Assembly (NCBI RefSeq): GCF_036365525.1
Contig: NC_090398.1
Location: 37,026,694 to 37,090,693 of the forward strand
DNA length: 64,000 bases
Reading direction: 5' to 3'
Origin: Heterodontus francisci
Lineage: Eukaryota
Positions 47,508 to 59,859 of the stretch are shown piece by piece; positions within the stretch are counted from its first letter, which is position 1; the number at the start of each line of letters is the position of its first letter. The notes beneath the pieces were generated by a model, which was not told the origin of the DNA, ran no database searches, and worked only from the letters and a program-made list of their open reading frames with translations. A program made the translations under genes and the position numbers.

Positions 47508-50318
47508 ATGGTTACAAGGACGCAAGAGGGCACTGGCAAGCAAGAACCTGGTTTAAAGTGTGTCTATTTCAACGCCAGGAGCATCCGGAATAAGGTGGGT
47601 GAGCTTGAAGCATGGGTTGGTACCTGGGATCTCGATGTAGTGGCCATTTCGGAGACATGGGTAGAGCAGGGGCAGGAATGGATGTTGCAGATTCCGGGAT
47701 TTAGATGTTTCAGTAAGAACAGAGAAGATGGTAAAAGAGGGGGGTGGGGTGTGGCATTGTTAATCAAGGAGAGTATTACAGCGACAGAAAGGACGTTTGA
47801 GGACTCGGCTACTGAGGTAGTATGGGCTGAGGTTAGAAACAGGAGAGGTGAGGTTACCCTGTTGGGAGTCTTTTATAGACCTCCGAATAGTTCCAGAGAT
47901 GTAGAGGAAAGGATAGCGAAGATGATTCTCGACAGGGGTGAGAGTAACAGGGTAGTTGTTATGGGGGAGTTTAACTTTCCAAATATCGACTGGAAATACT
48001 ATAGTTCGAGTACTTTAGATGGGTCAGTTTTTGTCCAGTGTGTGCAGGAGGATTTTCTGACACAGTATGTAGACAGGCCAACCAGGGGCGATGCCACATT
48101 GGATTTGGTACTGGGAAATGAACAAGGCCAGGTGTTAGATTTAGATGTAGGTGAGCACTTTGGTGATAGTGATCACAATTCGGTTAGGTTTACCTTAGCG
48201 ATGGGCAGGGACAGGTATATACCGCAGGGCAAGAATTATAACTGGGGGAAAGGAAATTATGATGCGATTAGGCAAGATTTAGGATGCGTAGGATGGGGAA
48301 GGAAACTGCAGGGGATGGGAACAATCGAAATGTGGAGCTTATTCAAGGAGCAGCTACTGCGTGTCCTTGATAAGTATGTACCTGTGAGGCAGGGAGGAAG
48401 TTGTCGTGCGAGGGAGCCGTGGTTTACTAAAGAAGTTGAAGCGCTTGTCAAGAGGAAGAAGAAGGCTTATGTTAGGATGAGACGTGAAGGCTCAGTTAGG
48501 GCGCTTGAGAGCTACAAGCTAGCCAGGAAGGATCGAAAGGGAGAGCTAAGAAGAGCAAGGAGAGGACACGAGAAGTCATTGGTGGATCGGATCAGGGAAA
48601 ACCCTAAGGCTATCTATAGGTATATCAGGAATAAAGGAATGACTAGAGTTAGATTAGGGCCAATCAAGGATAGTAGTGGGAAGTTGTGTGTGGAATCAGA
48701 GGAGATAGGGGAAGTGTTAAATGAATATTTTGCGTCAGTATTTACAGTAGAGAATGAAAATGTTCTTGAGAATACTGAGATTCAGGCTACGAGGCTAGAT
48801 GGGATTGAGGTTCACAAGGAGGAGGTGTTAGCAATTTTGGAAAGTGTGAAAATAGATAAGTCGCCTGGGCCAGATGGGATTTATCCTAGGATTCTCTGGG
48901 AAGCTAGGGAGGAGATTGCAGAGCCTTTGTCCTTGATCTTTATGTCGTCATTGTCGACAGGAATAGTGCCGGAAGACTGGAGGATTGCAAATGTTGTCCC
49001 CTTGTTCAAGAAGGGGAGTAGAGACAGCCCTGGTAATTATAGACCTGTGAGCCTTACTTCGGTTGTGGGTAAAATGTTGGAAAAGGTTATAAGAGACAGG
49101 ATTTATAATCATCTTGAAAAGAATAAGTACATTAGAGATAGTCAGCACGGTTTTGTGACGGGTAGGTCGTGCCTCACAAACCTTATTGAGTTTTTCGAGA
49201 AGGTGACCAAACAGGTGGATGAGGGTAAAGCAGTGGATGTGGTGTATATGGATTTCAGTAAGGCGTTTGATAAGGTTCCCCACGGTAGGCTATTGCAGAA
49301 AATACGCAAGTATGGGGTTGAAGGTGATTTAGAGCTTTGGATCAGAAATTGGCTAGCTGAAAGAAGACAGAGGGTGGTGGTTGATGGCAAATGTTCATCC
49401 TGGAGTTTAGTTACTAGTAGTGTACCGCAAGGATCTGTTTTGGGGCCACTGCTGTTTGTCATTTTTATAAATGACCTGGAAGAGGGTGTAGAAGGGTGGG
49501 TTAGTAAATTTGCAGATGACACTAAGGTCGGTGGAGTTGTGGATAGTGCCGAAGGATGTTGTCGGGTACAGAGAGACATAGATAGGCTGCAGAGCTGGGC
49601 TGAGAGATGGCAAATGGAGTTTAATGCGGAAAAGTGTGAGGTGATTCACTTTGGAAGGAGTAACAGGAATGCAGAGTACTGGGCTAATGGGAAGATTCTT
49701 GGTAGTGTAGATGAACAGAGAGATCTTGGTGTCCAGGTGCATAAATCCCTGAAGGTTGCTAACCAGGTTAATAGGGCTGTTAAGAAGGCATATGGTGTGT
49801 TAGCTTTTATTAGTAGGGGGGTCGAGTTTCGGAGCCACGAGGTCATGCTGCAGCTGTACAAAACTCTGGTGAGACCGCACCTGGAGTATTGCGTGCAGTT
49901 CTGGTCACCGCATTCTAGGAAGGATGTGGAAGCTATGGAAAGGGTGCAGAGGAGATTTACTAGGATGTTGCCTGGTATGGAGGGAAGGTCTTACGAGGAA
50001 AGGCTGAGGGACTTGAGGTTGTTTTCGTTGGAGAGAAGGAGGAGGAGAGGTGACTTAATAGAGACATATAAGATAATCAGAGGGTTAGATAGGGTGGATA
50101 GTGAGCGTCTTTTTCCTCGGATGGTGATGGCAAACACGAGGGGACATAGCTTCAAGTTGAGGGGTGATAGATATCGGACAGATGTGAGAGGTAGTTTCTT
50201 TATTCAGAGCGTAGTAAGGGCGTGGAACGCCCTGCCTGCAGCAGTAGTAGATTCGCCAACTTTAAGGGCATTTAAGTGGACATTGGATAGACACATGGAT
50301 GAAAATGGAATAGTGTAG
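47508..50318 (+). CDS. CR1 ORF2: apurinic-like endonuclease plus reverse transcriptase, 936 aa open
   Basis: YFNARSI, ISETW, YRPP, GEFN, SDH; KSPGPDG, NYRPVSLTS, YMDFSKAFD, PQGSVLGP, FADD, LEYCVQFWSP. Confidence 0.95.
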   Translation: MVTRTQEGTGKQEPGLKCVYFNARSIRNKVGELEAWVGTWDLDVVAISETWVEQGQEWMLQIPGFRCFSKNREDGKRGGWGVALLIKESITATERTFEDSATEVVWAEVRNRRGEVTLLGVFYRPPNSSRDVEERIAKMILDRGESNRVVVMGEFNFPNIDWKYYSSSTLDGSVFVQCVQEDFLTQYVDRPTRGDATLDLVLGNEQGQVLDLDVGEHFGDSDHNSVRFTLAMGRDRYIPQGKNYNWGKGNYDAIRQDLGCVGWGRKLQGMGTIEMWSLFKEQLLRVLDKYVPVRQGGSCRAREPWFTKEVEALVKRKKKAYVRMRREGSVRALESYKLARKDRKGELRRARRGHEKSLVDRIRENPKAIYRYIRNKGMTRVRLGPIKDSSGKLCVESEEIGEVLNEYFASVFTVENENVLENTEIQATRLDGIEVHKEEVLAILESVKIDKSPGPDGIYPRILWEAREEIAEPLSLIFMSSLSTGIVPEDWRIANVVPLFKKGSRDSPGNYRPVSLTSVVGKMLEKVIRDRIYNHLEKNKYIRDSQHGFVTGRSCLTNLIEFFEKVTKQVDEGKAVDVVYMDFSKAFDKVPHGRLLQKIRKYGVEGDLELWIRNWLAERRQRVVVDGKCSSWSLVTSSVPQGSVLGPLLFVIFINDLEEGVEGWVSKFADDTKVGGVVDSAEGCCRVQRDIDRLQSWAERWQMEFNAEKCEVIHFGRSNRNAEYWANGKILGSVDEQRDLGVQVHKSLKVANQVNRAVKKAYGVLAFISRGVEFRSHEVMLQLYKTLVRPHLEYCVQFWSPHSRKDVEAMERVQRRFTRMLPGMEGRSYEERLRDLRLFSLERRRRRGDLIETYKIIRGLDRVDSERLFPRMVMANTRGHSFKLRGDRYRTDVRGSFFIQSVVRAWNALPAAVVDSPTLRAFKWTLDRHMDENGIV

Positions 50319-50411
50319 GTCAGATGGTTTCACAGGTCGGCGCAACATCGAGGGCCGAAGGGCCTGTACTGCGCTGTAATGTTCTAAATTCTAAATTCTA
50401 AAATTCTAAAT

Positions 50412-51650
50412 TAAAAAGGTTCAGCACAACTTCCATGTTTTGGTACACAACGCCTCTCTTCATGAAGCCTAAGATCCCATATGGTTTGCTGACTACTCTC
50501 TCAATATGACCTGCCACCTTCAAAGTTGTATGCACAAGCACGCCCTGCACACTTCAATGAGAATATATTGTCTCTCCCTATCTCTTCTGCCAAAATACAT
50601 CACCTCACAATTTCCCCGTATTAAATTGCATCTGAAACTTGTCTGCCCATTCTGCTCGCCTATCTATGTCATGTTGCATTCGATTGGTATCATCGTCGCT
50701 GTTTGTATCTCCTCCAAGTTTCGTATCATTGGCAAATATTGAAATTTTACTCTGTGTTCTGAAATCCAAGTCATTTATATATATCAGAAAAAAATGACAG
50801 TGGTTCTAGTACTGACTATTGGGGAACACCGCTGTCTGATATCTTCCAGTCTGTAAAACAACCATCTACCTCGATTCGCTGTTTTCTGTCCTTTTGCATT
50901 TTTCTTATTCAAGCTGACACTGGCCCTCCTATTCCGTGAGCCTCAGTTTTGTTAACCAGACTTTTATATTTTCCTTGGTCAAACATTTCTTAAAATCCAT
51001 TTAAATCCATTGCATTCCCTTAATCAACCTTCTCTGTTACTTCGTCAAACAATTCAATTAGATTAGTCAAGTACTTTCTGCCTTTTACAAATCTATGCTG
51101 GCTTTCCATCATTAACTCGAATACCTCCAAGTGCCTGTTAATTTTTTTTCTCTTCCAAGTATTTACTTAACTCTCCTTTTGAAATCGACTATTGAATCTG
51201 TATCGGCCACTATCATGCATTATATTTCAATCAGAAGCACTTGAGTAAAAGAAATCTTCATGTCTCCTCCGTTTTTTCTTTGCCAATCACCTTCAATTGG
51301 TGCTCCCTGGTTATCAATCCTTCAGCCATTGGAAACAGTTCCTCTTTATTCCCTCGATCTAAAGCTTCCATAATTTTAAACATCTCTATCAAATCTCCAT
51401 TTACGCTTCCCTGTTCTAAAGACAACAACCCCAGCTTCTCTATCAGCGTAACTGTAATCATCTCATCTCTGGAATCATTCCAGTAAATCTCTTCTGTGCA
51501 TTCACCAAAGCCTCAAAGTCCTTCATAAAGTGTGGTCCCAGAACTGGACACTATCTTCCAGCTGGGTAAAAAACTATTATCTAGCATCGCTTCCTGACAT
51601 TTATATTCTCGACCTCTGTTTATAAAGGCCAGGATCCCATCTGCTTTATA
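50412..51650 (-). mobile_element. Old CR1 fragments (host continuation and a further piece)
   Basis: Minus ORF EKLGLLSLEQGSVNGDLIEMFKIM; ccagaactggacactat. Confidence 0.7.
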
Positions 51651-52394
51651 AACCTGTCAGCAAAGAGAAAAATTCTACCAGAGCCATTGACCGGTTCCTT
51701 TAGACATGAATCCATGATTTGTTACAAGGCTGGCGGGAGGGTAAGTCACAACCCCTTTAAGGGAACACGCACTGCCAGAACTGCTCCTTAAGTTCAAAAC
51801 TTAGGATGAGTCAGTACGAGTTAAAACAAGGATAGGAACAACATGACATTTAATTCTTTCAATATTAATTAATTCTGTCATGAAAACAAACAGCAAATGT
51901 TTGTCAACTCCAAAAGCACACAAGTAATATTGTGAAGTAGTATCAGTAATTTGAAAGGAAAACCTATTGTTAATTAATTCCATTTTAATTTGCTCAAATC
52001 GATCATCACACTTTGGTTATTTCAGGGTGCAATAAAGCCCTTAAGAAGTCAGGAGTAGGCCGTTCGGCCCCTCGAGCCTGTACAATCCCATTCACTCATA
52101 TATCATATTTGATCTGTTCCTTATCCACATTGAACTGCTTTGACTCCATGTACATTAATACCCTTTCCTAACAAATCTTTACCAGCAATTAGGAATTAAT
52201 GTCACTGCCTGTTAACAATGGGGAATTCCCTGCCTAAACATCTCCGCCTCTCTACCTCTCATTCCTACTTTAAGACGTTGCTTAAAACTAATCTCTTTGA
52301 CCGGGATATTTGGTCATCAGCCCTAACTCGCCTGATGTAGTTTGGTGTCAGATTGTGTTTTACCATGGCCACTGTAGTGCCTTTGTGACTTTTT

Positions 52395-52945
52395 ATTCCT
52401 TGTCCTCTCCCTCAGCCTGTCTCTCTCTCACTCCCGCTCTCTCTCCCTCGCCCTGTCTTTCCCTCTCTGCCTCATCCCATCTATTTTTCTCTCTGCCTGT
52501 CTCCCTTACCCATTCGCTCTCTCTCAACCCCTCACTCCGTATCTCTCTCTGTCTGCCTCCCCCTGTCAATTTCTCTCTCTGTCTCGACCTCACACCGTCT
52601 CTCTCTTCTATGCTTCACTCAGTCTCTCTCTCCCTCTCTCCCCGCTTTACCCCATCTCTTTCTCACACTCTGCCTCGCCCCTCGCTCTCTCCCTCACTCC
52701 ATCTCTCTATCCCTAACTCCGTCTCTCTCTCTTTACTTCACCCCATCTCATTCTCTCTCCCTCAAGCTGCCTCTTCCTCGCCCCATCACTGTCTCTCTCT
52801 CTCTCTCTTTCCCTCACCCATCTCTCTTTCTTCCTCTCTCCCTCGCCCCATCTCTCTCTCACTCTCTCTCTTTCTCTCTGTCGCCTCGCCCCTCTCTTTC
52901 TCTGTCTCTCTGTCTCTCTGTCTCTCTCTCTCTCTCTCTCTCCAT
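52395..52945. repeat. CT-rich low-complexity tract
   Basis: Direct reading. Confidence 0.95.
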
Positions 52946-53089
52946 CGCCTTAATGCACCAGGTAAGGCTGTACCTGACCGTACTTAGAATCATAGAATCT
53001 TGGACCTCTGTTTGTATTATATTTATCCCTGTCTCCGGTATAAAAATGTTTCAAAAGAGGTTTAAAATAGGTGAGATGTCTTTGGTATC

Positions 53090-53398
53090 CCCCTCCATTT
53101 AATACGTAGCTGGGGAGCTTCCCCAATTTTGTACGTAGAGAACAGCTCTCTTCAGTTGATCCGTCGAGGGGAGCACCCTCTATTTCATATGTAAAGAGGG
53201 GGCACCCACCAGTTTACACGTAGAGGAGCAGCTCCCTCCATTTTATACGTAAAGGAGGAGCTCGCTCCATTTTATAAGTGGAGGGGGAGCACCCTTCATT
53301 TTATAAGTAGGGGGAGGGAGTTCCCGCCGTTTTATAAGTAGAGGCGGAACTCCCTCCATTTTGTACACAGAGGTGGAGCTCCCTCCATTTATACGTTG
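53090..53398. repeat. ~32-bp minisatellite (tccattttatacgtagaggggagctccc)
   Basis: About 9-10 diverged copies; a stray unit near 54110-54140. Confidence 0.8.
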
Positions 53399-54499
53399 GG
53401 AGGGAGAATGTTTGTCTCTGTTACGGTTCCCATAACGTTACCCCAGGATCCCCACGCAGACTATTTCCCCATTCCCCTGCTTCTCAAGTGTATCAGGGTC
53501 TCCTGGCACTTTCTATTTCTCTGCTTTGTCTCTATCCCTTCCTATCTCTCTGTTCTCTCTGTATTTCTATGTCTCCCGATCCCTATGTTACTCTGCCTCT
53601 GTTCCTCTCTCTCTTTCTCTCATTCTATCCCATCGCCTTGGCTATCACAAGGGGTCTAGTTAAAGCACTCACAAAATAAACACTTCACCTGTCTGCCACG
53701 CTTAAATAGCATTTTCTTTTTATGTATTATCTCTACATTAATACAATATAGACAGCAAAGCATATGAATTGCCGGGATACTGCAAATCTTTTTACTCTAA
53801 GTCCACACATTACCGTATTTTTGCAATAAGGTAATATTGATTCTATTCAAGGCTCTGGGACAACATTTCATTCGGTAAACATTCTCACCAAATACTAAAG
53901 CATTCCACAATGCAAGACTAACAAATTCAGCACAAGTTTCGTTTTTTGATTCGAGCTGGCCTGTTCTGATTCTCTGAGAGATCACTGATATTTATTCTCC
54001 ACATGAGCAGTCGTTCTCATCCTGTGTGCCTATCCTGCTCTGAAACCCAGCATCCGGTTACATTAAGACAAGTGACACAGGGGTGGCTCAGTAACTGAGG
54101 CACGTGAGTCTTTTCTACGGGGGAGTTCCCTTCATTTTATAGTTGGCTTGGCGGCATTTGATGGAGCCTTAGCATGTATGCCATGAATTTAGAATGAAAA
54201 GGGTTGATTTGATCAACGTTTGCAAAATAATACTGGAAACTGATGGGGTCTTTAAAGTGATACGTTTCTGATTGGTTGGGGGAGCTTCCCACTGGGGGCA
54301 AGGGTTGTCTCATTGTAAAATACAAGATTATGAAGGGACCTTACAGGGTAAACACTGAGAGGATGTTTCCGGCGGCTGGATAATGTAGAACAGGGGCCGT
54401 GTGGGGTGGAGGGTGGGGACAGACTCATTATAAGGGGCCAATTATTTAGAACTGAGATGAAACCTCTTATTCACGTATTTAAGTCTAAATCAATTCCCA

Positions 54500-55285
54500 A
54501 TCTTTCTTTCTCTCCCTGTCTCTGTCTGTCCCTCGCTCTCCCTCTCTCTGTCTTTAGCCCATCTCTGACTCTCGCATTGTCTTTCCCTAATAATGTCTCT
54601 GTCTCTTCCTCCATCTCTGTCTCTTTTTTTCTGTCTCTCTCTCTTGCTCTCTCTCACTCTCTCTATTTCTCGTTCTCTGTCTCTCCCTCTTTCTCTGTCT
54701 CTGTCTATAACTCTGTCTGTGTCATTCCCACACCATCTCTCAATGTCTCTCTGTCACCCTCCCTGACTCTGTCTCTGTCTCTGACTGTCTCTCTCTCTCT
54801 TTCTCGCTGTCTATCTCGCCCTCTGTTTCTTTCTTTCTCTTTGTCCCACTCTTTCTGACTCTCCATCTCTGTCTGCCACAGCCTCTCCATCTCTCTGTCT
54901 CTCCCACTCGCTCTTTCTCTGTCTCTCCCCCTCTTTTCTGTCTCTCCATCTTCCTCTATCTCTCCCTCTTTTTTGTCTGTCCCTATTTCTTTGTCTGCCC
55001 CTCTTCCTCTGTCTGCCCCTCTTTCTCTGGCTCTGCCTCTCCCTCTATGTCTCTCAATCTCTGTTCCTGTCGTCCCTCTCTTGTCTTTCCCTCTCTCTCT
55101 GTCTTTTGTTCTCTCTCTGTCTCTTTCTCCCGTCTCTCTGTCTCTGTCTCCACTCTCTCTGTCTCTGACTCTCCCTCTATCTCTGTCTCCCACTCTCTCT
55201 TTGTTCCTTTGTCTGTCTTTCCCTCTTTCTCTCTCTGTCCCTCCCTTTAGGTTTGTCACTGCCTCTCTCTCTCTCGCGCGCGCAG
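54500..55285. repeat. (CTCTGT/CT)n low-complexity tract
   Basis: Direct reading. Confidence 0.95.
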
Positions 55286-55933
55286 CCTTTCTCTCTGTAA
55301 TTATATACAGAGTAAATAAATGGCCCGTTGTACTATATACAGCGAAATGGTCTTGCGCAATACAAACTGAGACTCGGTGAAATGCAGCCTAAACGGAGCC
55401 CTGGCCTAGACTAACAAACCGAACTGTTGTCTAGTGCAGTAAAAATTCTGTCAGGGTCTAGTGTTTTATGAACAGAGACCGCATCCAGTGCAGTAATAAC
55501 TGAAACAGATTGTTGGCCTTAAATAGATCAATGCAAGGTCACTAATCGGAGGGCGTATTAATTGGGAGACGAAGGGATGCAGTGTAATGCATCCAGTTAG
55601 CTTACAACACAAATTGAGGTGAGACAGTAAGCTATGAGGAGGCAACAAAAGAGCATGGCGTAAGGAGTATGGACAGGTTAACTGAGTGGGAAAGACAGTG
55701 ACAGATGGAATATACTGTGAAGAAAGTCAGGTATTCACTTTGGCTGGAAGAAAATGGCATTGACATTTAAATGATTTTGTTTTATTCACCACATGTTCAG
55801 GTGAGTGTAACTAATAGCAATGATCGGCAGTATAGCCGTGTCAGTATAAATCAGGACACATTGGAATGGATCAGCTCAGAATGCCTGCTGGAGCTGTGGG
55901 CTCCAGGATAACAGAATTCTGCTTCTCACAGAA

Positions 55934-56003
55934 ATGGGATATCCAGTACTCTTTCAGATGGAAGGTGATTATTATCCTGTACTTGCAGCAATTGGAGTTC
56001 CTG
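55934..56003 (+). pseudogene. GPR139-like GPCR exon 1 (intact reading)
   Basis: ATG 55934 MGYPVLFQMEGDYYPVLAAIGVP, phase-1 donor g|gtaagc at 56004. Confidence 0.88.
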
Positions 56004-58323
56004 GTAAGCCTATATCTCAGCCTTTAATGGTATAATTCGATATAAACTGTGCTGCTGTACACGGCATTATTTCTCACTGTGTGTTTGACACAGCCACCTG
56101 TTCTTTTCCAGCAATTTACTGATTAAATCTCCTCATTGTCTACTCCTTCAGTAGGGGTTGTGGTATGTCATTAATGGTATTGGTTTAAGTAACCGTGGCA
56201 TTGTTACTGGAGTATTCTGTATATGGAATGTATTTGAATGAGAGGTCTTGGTCATCATCAAGAAGCAGACGATCGGGAGCTTTTAACAGTTTCATGATGT
56301 GGCTCTAACTGGTCCTGGAGCATTTGTTTAATGATTTTTCGCTGATTGATAATGAGACATCTCACGGTCTCAGTATTATAGTGTGACAAGGGTGACATTG
56401 TCTTCCCTCCCCAATAACATGGTTCAACCTAACTGGGATATCAATTTATTTCTTGGTTATTACTGTTATAAGACAGTATTTCATTCTGTGTGAGTCTGAT
56501 GCTGCTTCAGAGGTTTGGCTACTGTAATGAGTTTGCTGCTGACACTTTCACATTTCCTTCTCTGCTTCATTGTTGTGCCTTCACTGTCACTGGACTACAT
56601 TGTAAAATAGGAAGTATTTATGTGATGTTATATTGGTTTACACCCTATCAGTTGGAATCAAGAGTCTCCCATTTATCAGTAGATTATAAGCTGTAGCGCT
56701 GATGTTAGTATTTTATGAATTAAACTATACCACATTCTAATGGTGTACTTTATAATTCCAAGGGAAGGAATTTCAATGATTGTGAGGTTAGTCTGGATGA
56801 AGCTTTCGATTCTGTTCATTCCGTGCATTGTAGACGATGTGAAGAGTGTTGGAGAACAGGTGCAGATTTGGGTGTTCTGTAGATACATTAAATTATTCAC
56901 AGAGATTTCACCATTGAACAAATTGACTCTAAGAATGGAATCATTGAACACGGAGTGAAAAGAATACAGGTGCAGAATGTTACAAATTAATTGTATGCGA
57001 AATCTGGCATTAAGTAACACTTTGCAGGGTGTGAGTCCTCCAGAGAGACAGCGAAGGGGAAAAGGAGCAGGGTGAACGAAATCGAGGGAAAGAGATAAGC
57101 AGAAGTTAAGAGTAAGAGCACGAAACAGCAGTGTAAATATTTCACTATCTAAAAGTGTCGGAATGTGCAGAACAATTAGTGAGCGAGATGGTGAGTTGAA
57201 CCTGTCTGTTATCAGATTGTGTTCATTTTCCTGTTGAAACTTGAGCCTCTGTGTTTATTTCTGTCACGTCCTCATTTTGCTTTGTAGAAAGTTCCTAATG
57301 CTTACTTACTGACTGAATAAACATCATAGAACCAGTTCTTCACTGATGGTAATTCATTATTTAAATACTGCACTTTTAAATCTCTGCGACTGCTGAATTC
57401 AATCTAGAGCGAGGCTGAAATCTGAAATATTTAAATTAACATTTAATTGCCTGTAAACAGTAACTTTATTGACTATATTGTATAAACAATAAACTGTCCT
57501 CCAACACCAGTAACCACAGGGATTAATGTTTGAATGGATTAACGGAGTTGTGTTACTGAAATCTATAGCTTAGGTTTTCTCGAACACTTTTTTGCAGTCA
57601 CTCCCTGTGAATCTCAGCCTCTCCTCTCACTGGATTGAATCCTCAGCCGCATCATCCATTGCTTCAGTTTACCCACTTGCCCAAACCATTTACTGCAGTC
57701 TCAACTCCAGCTCCGACATGTCCTTTTCCTTCTTTCCTCCCCAATCTAACTCGCTGGCTCCTCCCCCAGCTGCCTCGTCCAACCAGATATTAATATAGGA
57801 ACTTAGATGCGGGATAAGACCATTCAGCCTTTCGAACCTGCTCTGCCATTTTAGATCATGGCTGATATGAGCACTCAAACTCAGCGCTGCAGTTTTCAGC
57901 CGTTTCCCATTTGGTAACTGTCCCTGTCGGTTCTCCGAACCCATAGCAACAAGCCAGCTGCACATCCCGCTCACCCCAAAACTTCCCCATCAACAGTCTG
58001 GAAACAAATTCTCGTTTAACGTATTAGATATCCACCTCTGTAAAAGCACCTCTCATTTCCACACCAGTACTGCATCCTCACTCTGTACTTCCAGTCGATC
58101 CGGTGCTGACTTTATTCACTTTCTGTATCAATTTCCCAATTCATTATTAATAACTGTGTTTCAAACAGTTCACTGTGGCAAATCACTGCCGAGGTCAATG
58201 CATCAGTCTTCACTGCTTGATGCAGCAACAAAGCTCGAAATTTCAGCCGAGATCCTGTCAAACTGCTGCTTTGTCTCCAGGTCTGATCAGTAATTTATCT
58301 GCTTCCTTTTCTTTCTATTCCAG

Positions 58324-59249
58324 CTAACTTGGTGGCGATTGTGATCCTGTCCCGAGGAAAATGCGGTCTCTCCAAATGTATCACACTCTACCTGGTGGGA
58401 ATGGCAGTGGTTGATCTCCTGGCCGTTATCTCTGATCCCATCTTGATTTGGATTGGTTCAATTTATTTCCCGGATTCGTTCCTGAACATTACTCTCGTAT
58501 GTTCTCTCATTATCGTTCTGCTTTCTGCAGCCGCAGTTATTTCTGTCTGGCTCATGATCACTTTCATCTTGAGTGATTTGCGACCATTTGTTGTGAGAAG
58601 CTGAAAACAAAATATTACACTGAGAAAACAGTGGCTGTGATTGCACGAACAGTGAGTGTGCTGGGCTGTCTCGAGTCACTCCCCTGGTACTTTACATATA
58701 AACAATGTTATATTTTTGATAATGTTCCTATGGGTTGTGTCTTTAAACCGAACTTCTATACTTCCCCCACATTGGGGGGGGGGGGGTATTTCTCTTGTTT
58801 AACCTCATTTTAACCCCTTGTGTCCTGGTGTTTCTGCTTTTGCTGTTCAATATTCTGACGTCAGACGTATTTTATTCTTCAGTAAAGTACGCAGGGGATT
58901 CCGGGGCCACAGGAATGGAGAGATGGAGAATCAGAGAAAATCAATTATTTTACTCTTCAGTATATCCGGCAGTTTTATACTGTTATGGGTGACCCGGGTT
59001 GTGTTTGACATTTATACACGAATTTCAGATTTTTGGCATTATCCCTCCTTCACTGATACTCCCTTCATCACACAAGAAACATCAATGATGCTTCAGATTC
59101 TCTGTTCCTGCACCAACACGTGTATGTACGCTGTGACCCAGACTAAATTCAGACAGCAGCTGAAGAAGGCGGTTAAATACCCTCTCAATCTCTTTGTTAA
59201 ATTAGTGAAATCACAGAAAGAGCTGAAGGGTTTCAAACAGTGGAACTAA
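58324..59249 (+). pseudogene. GPR139-like GPCR exon 2 with three frameshifts and a nonsense codon
   Basis: Acceptor ttctttctattccag|ct gives ANLVAIVILSRGKCGLSKCITLYLVGMAVVDLL. Frameshifts at ~58570, ~58780 (G13 run) and ~58860; TGA 58574-58576; ends SCTNTCMYAVTQTKFRQQLK..TAA. Confidence 0.9.
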
Positions 59250-59499
59250 ACGCAATTTCATATTCTATTCTGTACAGACCCCACAGGACAGTAAGTACTT
59301 TCTTATATTTACATCACTGAGCCCTGAAACTATTTAAAATCTGATTCTGAGATTATATTTTATTGATAATCTTACCTATTGAGGTGTGACTTACTTAACA
59401 GAAGATTTATGAATTGTTTCTCAAAAAGCCATCACTGTAACGCTCAGCTGGACTCTATTAAACCCACCCTTGACACACAGCAAAATGTACAAAGCTGCA

Positions 59500-59845
59500 T
59501 ATCACAGTGATTGGGAGATGTTGTGAGGGGCAGTAACTGCAGTGACACGGGGACACCAGCAGATGAAGATGATAAGAGGAGACCATAACTGACTGCAGTA
59601 AAACACAGACACCAGCAGATGGAGATGGTGAGAAAGGGCAGGAACTGAGTGCAGTGAGACAGGGACACCAGCAGCTGGAGAAGGTGGGAGGGGATGTAAA
59701 TGAGTGCAATGACAAAGAGACACCAGCAGATCGCGATAGTAAGAGGAGAACCGTTACTGCAGTGAGTCAGGGGCACCAGCAGATGGAGATGGGGAGAGGG
59801 GGCAGTAACTGCAATGAGAAAGGGACACCTGCAGATGGAAACACA
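59500..59845. repeat. ~55-bp minisatellite (gcagtgagacagggacaccagcagatggagatgg)
   Basis: 'acaccagcagatg' recurs six times. Confidence 0.8.
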
Positions 59846-59859
59846 GAAACATCGAAAAT

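Larger units (their letters stand above)
45478..50411 (+). mobile_element. Young near full-length CR1 LINE (5' UTR array, ORF1, ORF2, 3' UTR with (TTCTAAA)n tail)
   Basis: Host CR1 is continuous across it (ggcccaaacagagtttt | aaaaaggttcagcacaac); ORF1 and ORF2 described separately; tail at 50382-50411. Confidence 0.95.

Noticed and set aside
48948-49861. Antisense ORFs overlapping CR1 ORF2 (also 26418-27111)
   Set aside because: Typical shadow frames of the RT coding sequence; no independent evidence
52310-55380. Long ORFs rich in S/L or R/E/D
   Set aside because: Artefacts of CT/GA low-complexity tracts
55866-56027. Upstream overlapping ORF before the GPCR ATG
   Set aside because: Its ATG is not conserved in the paralogous leader at 21573-21720 (atagatcag)
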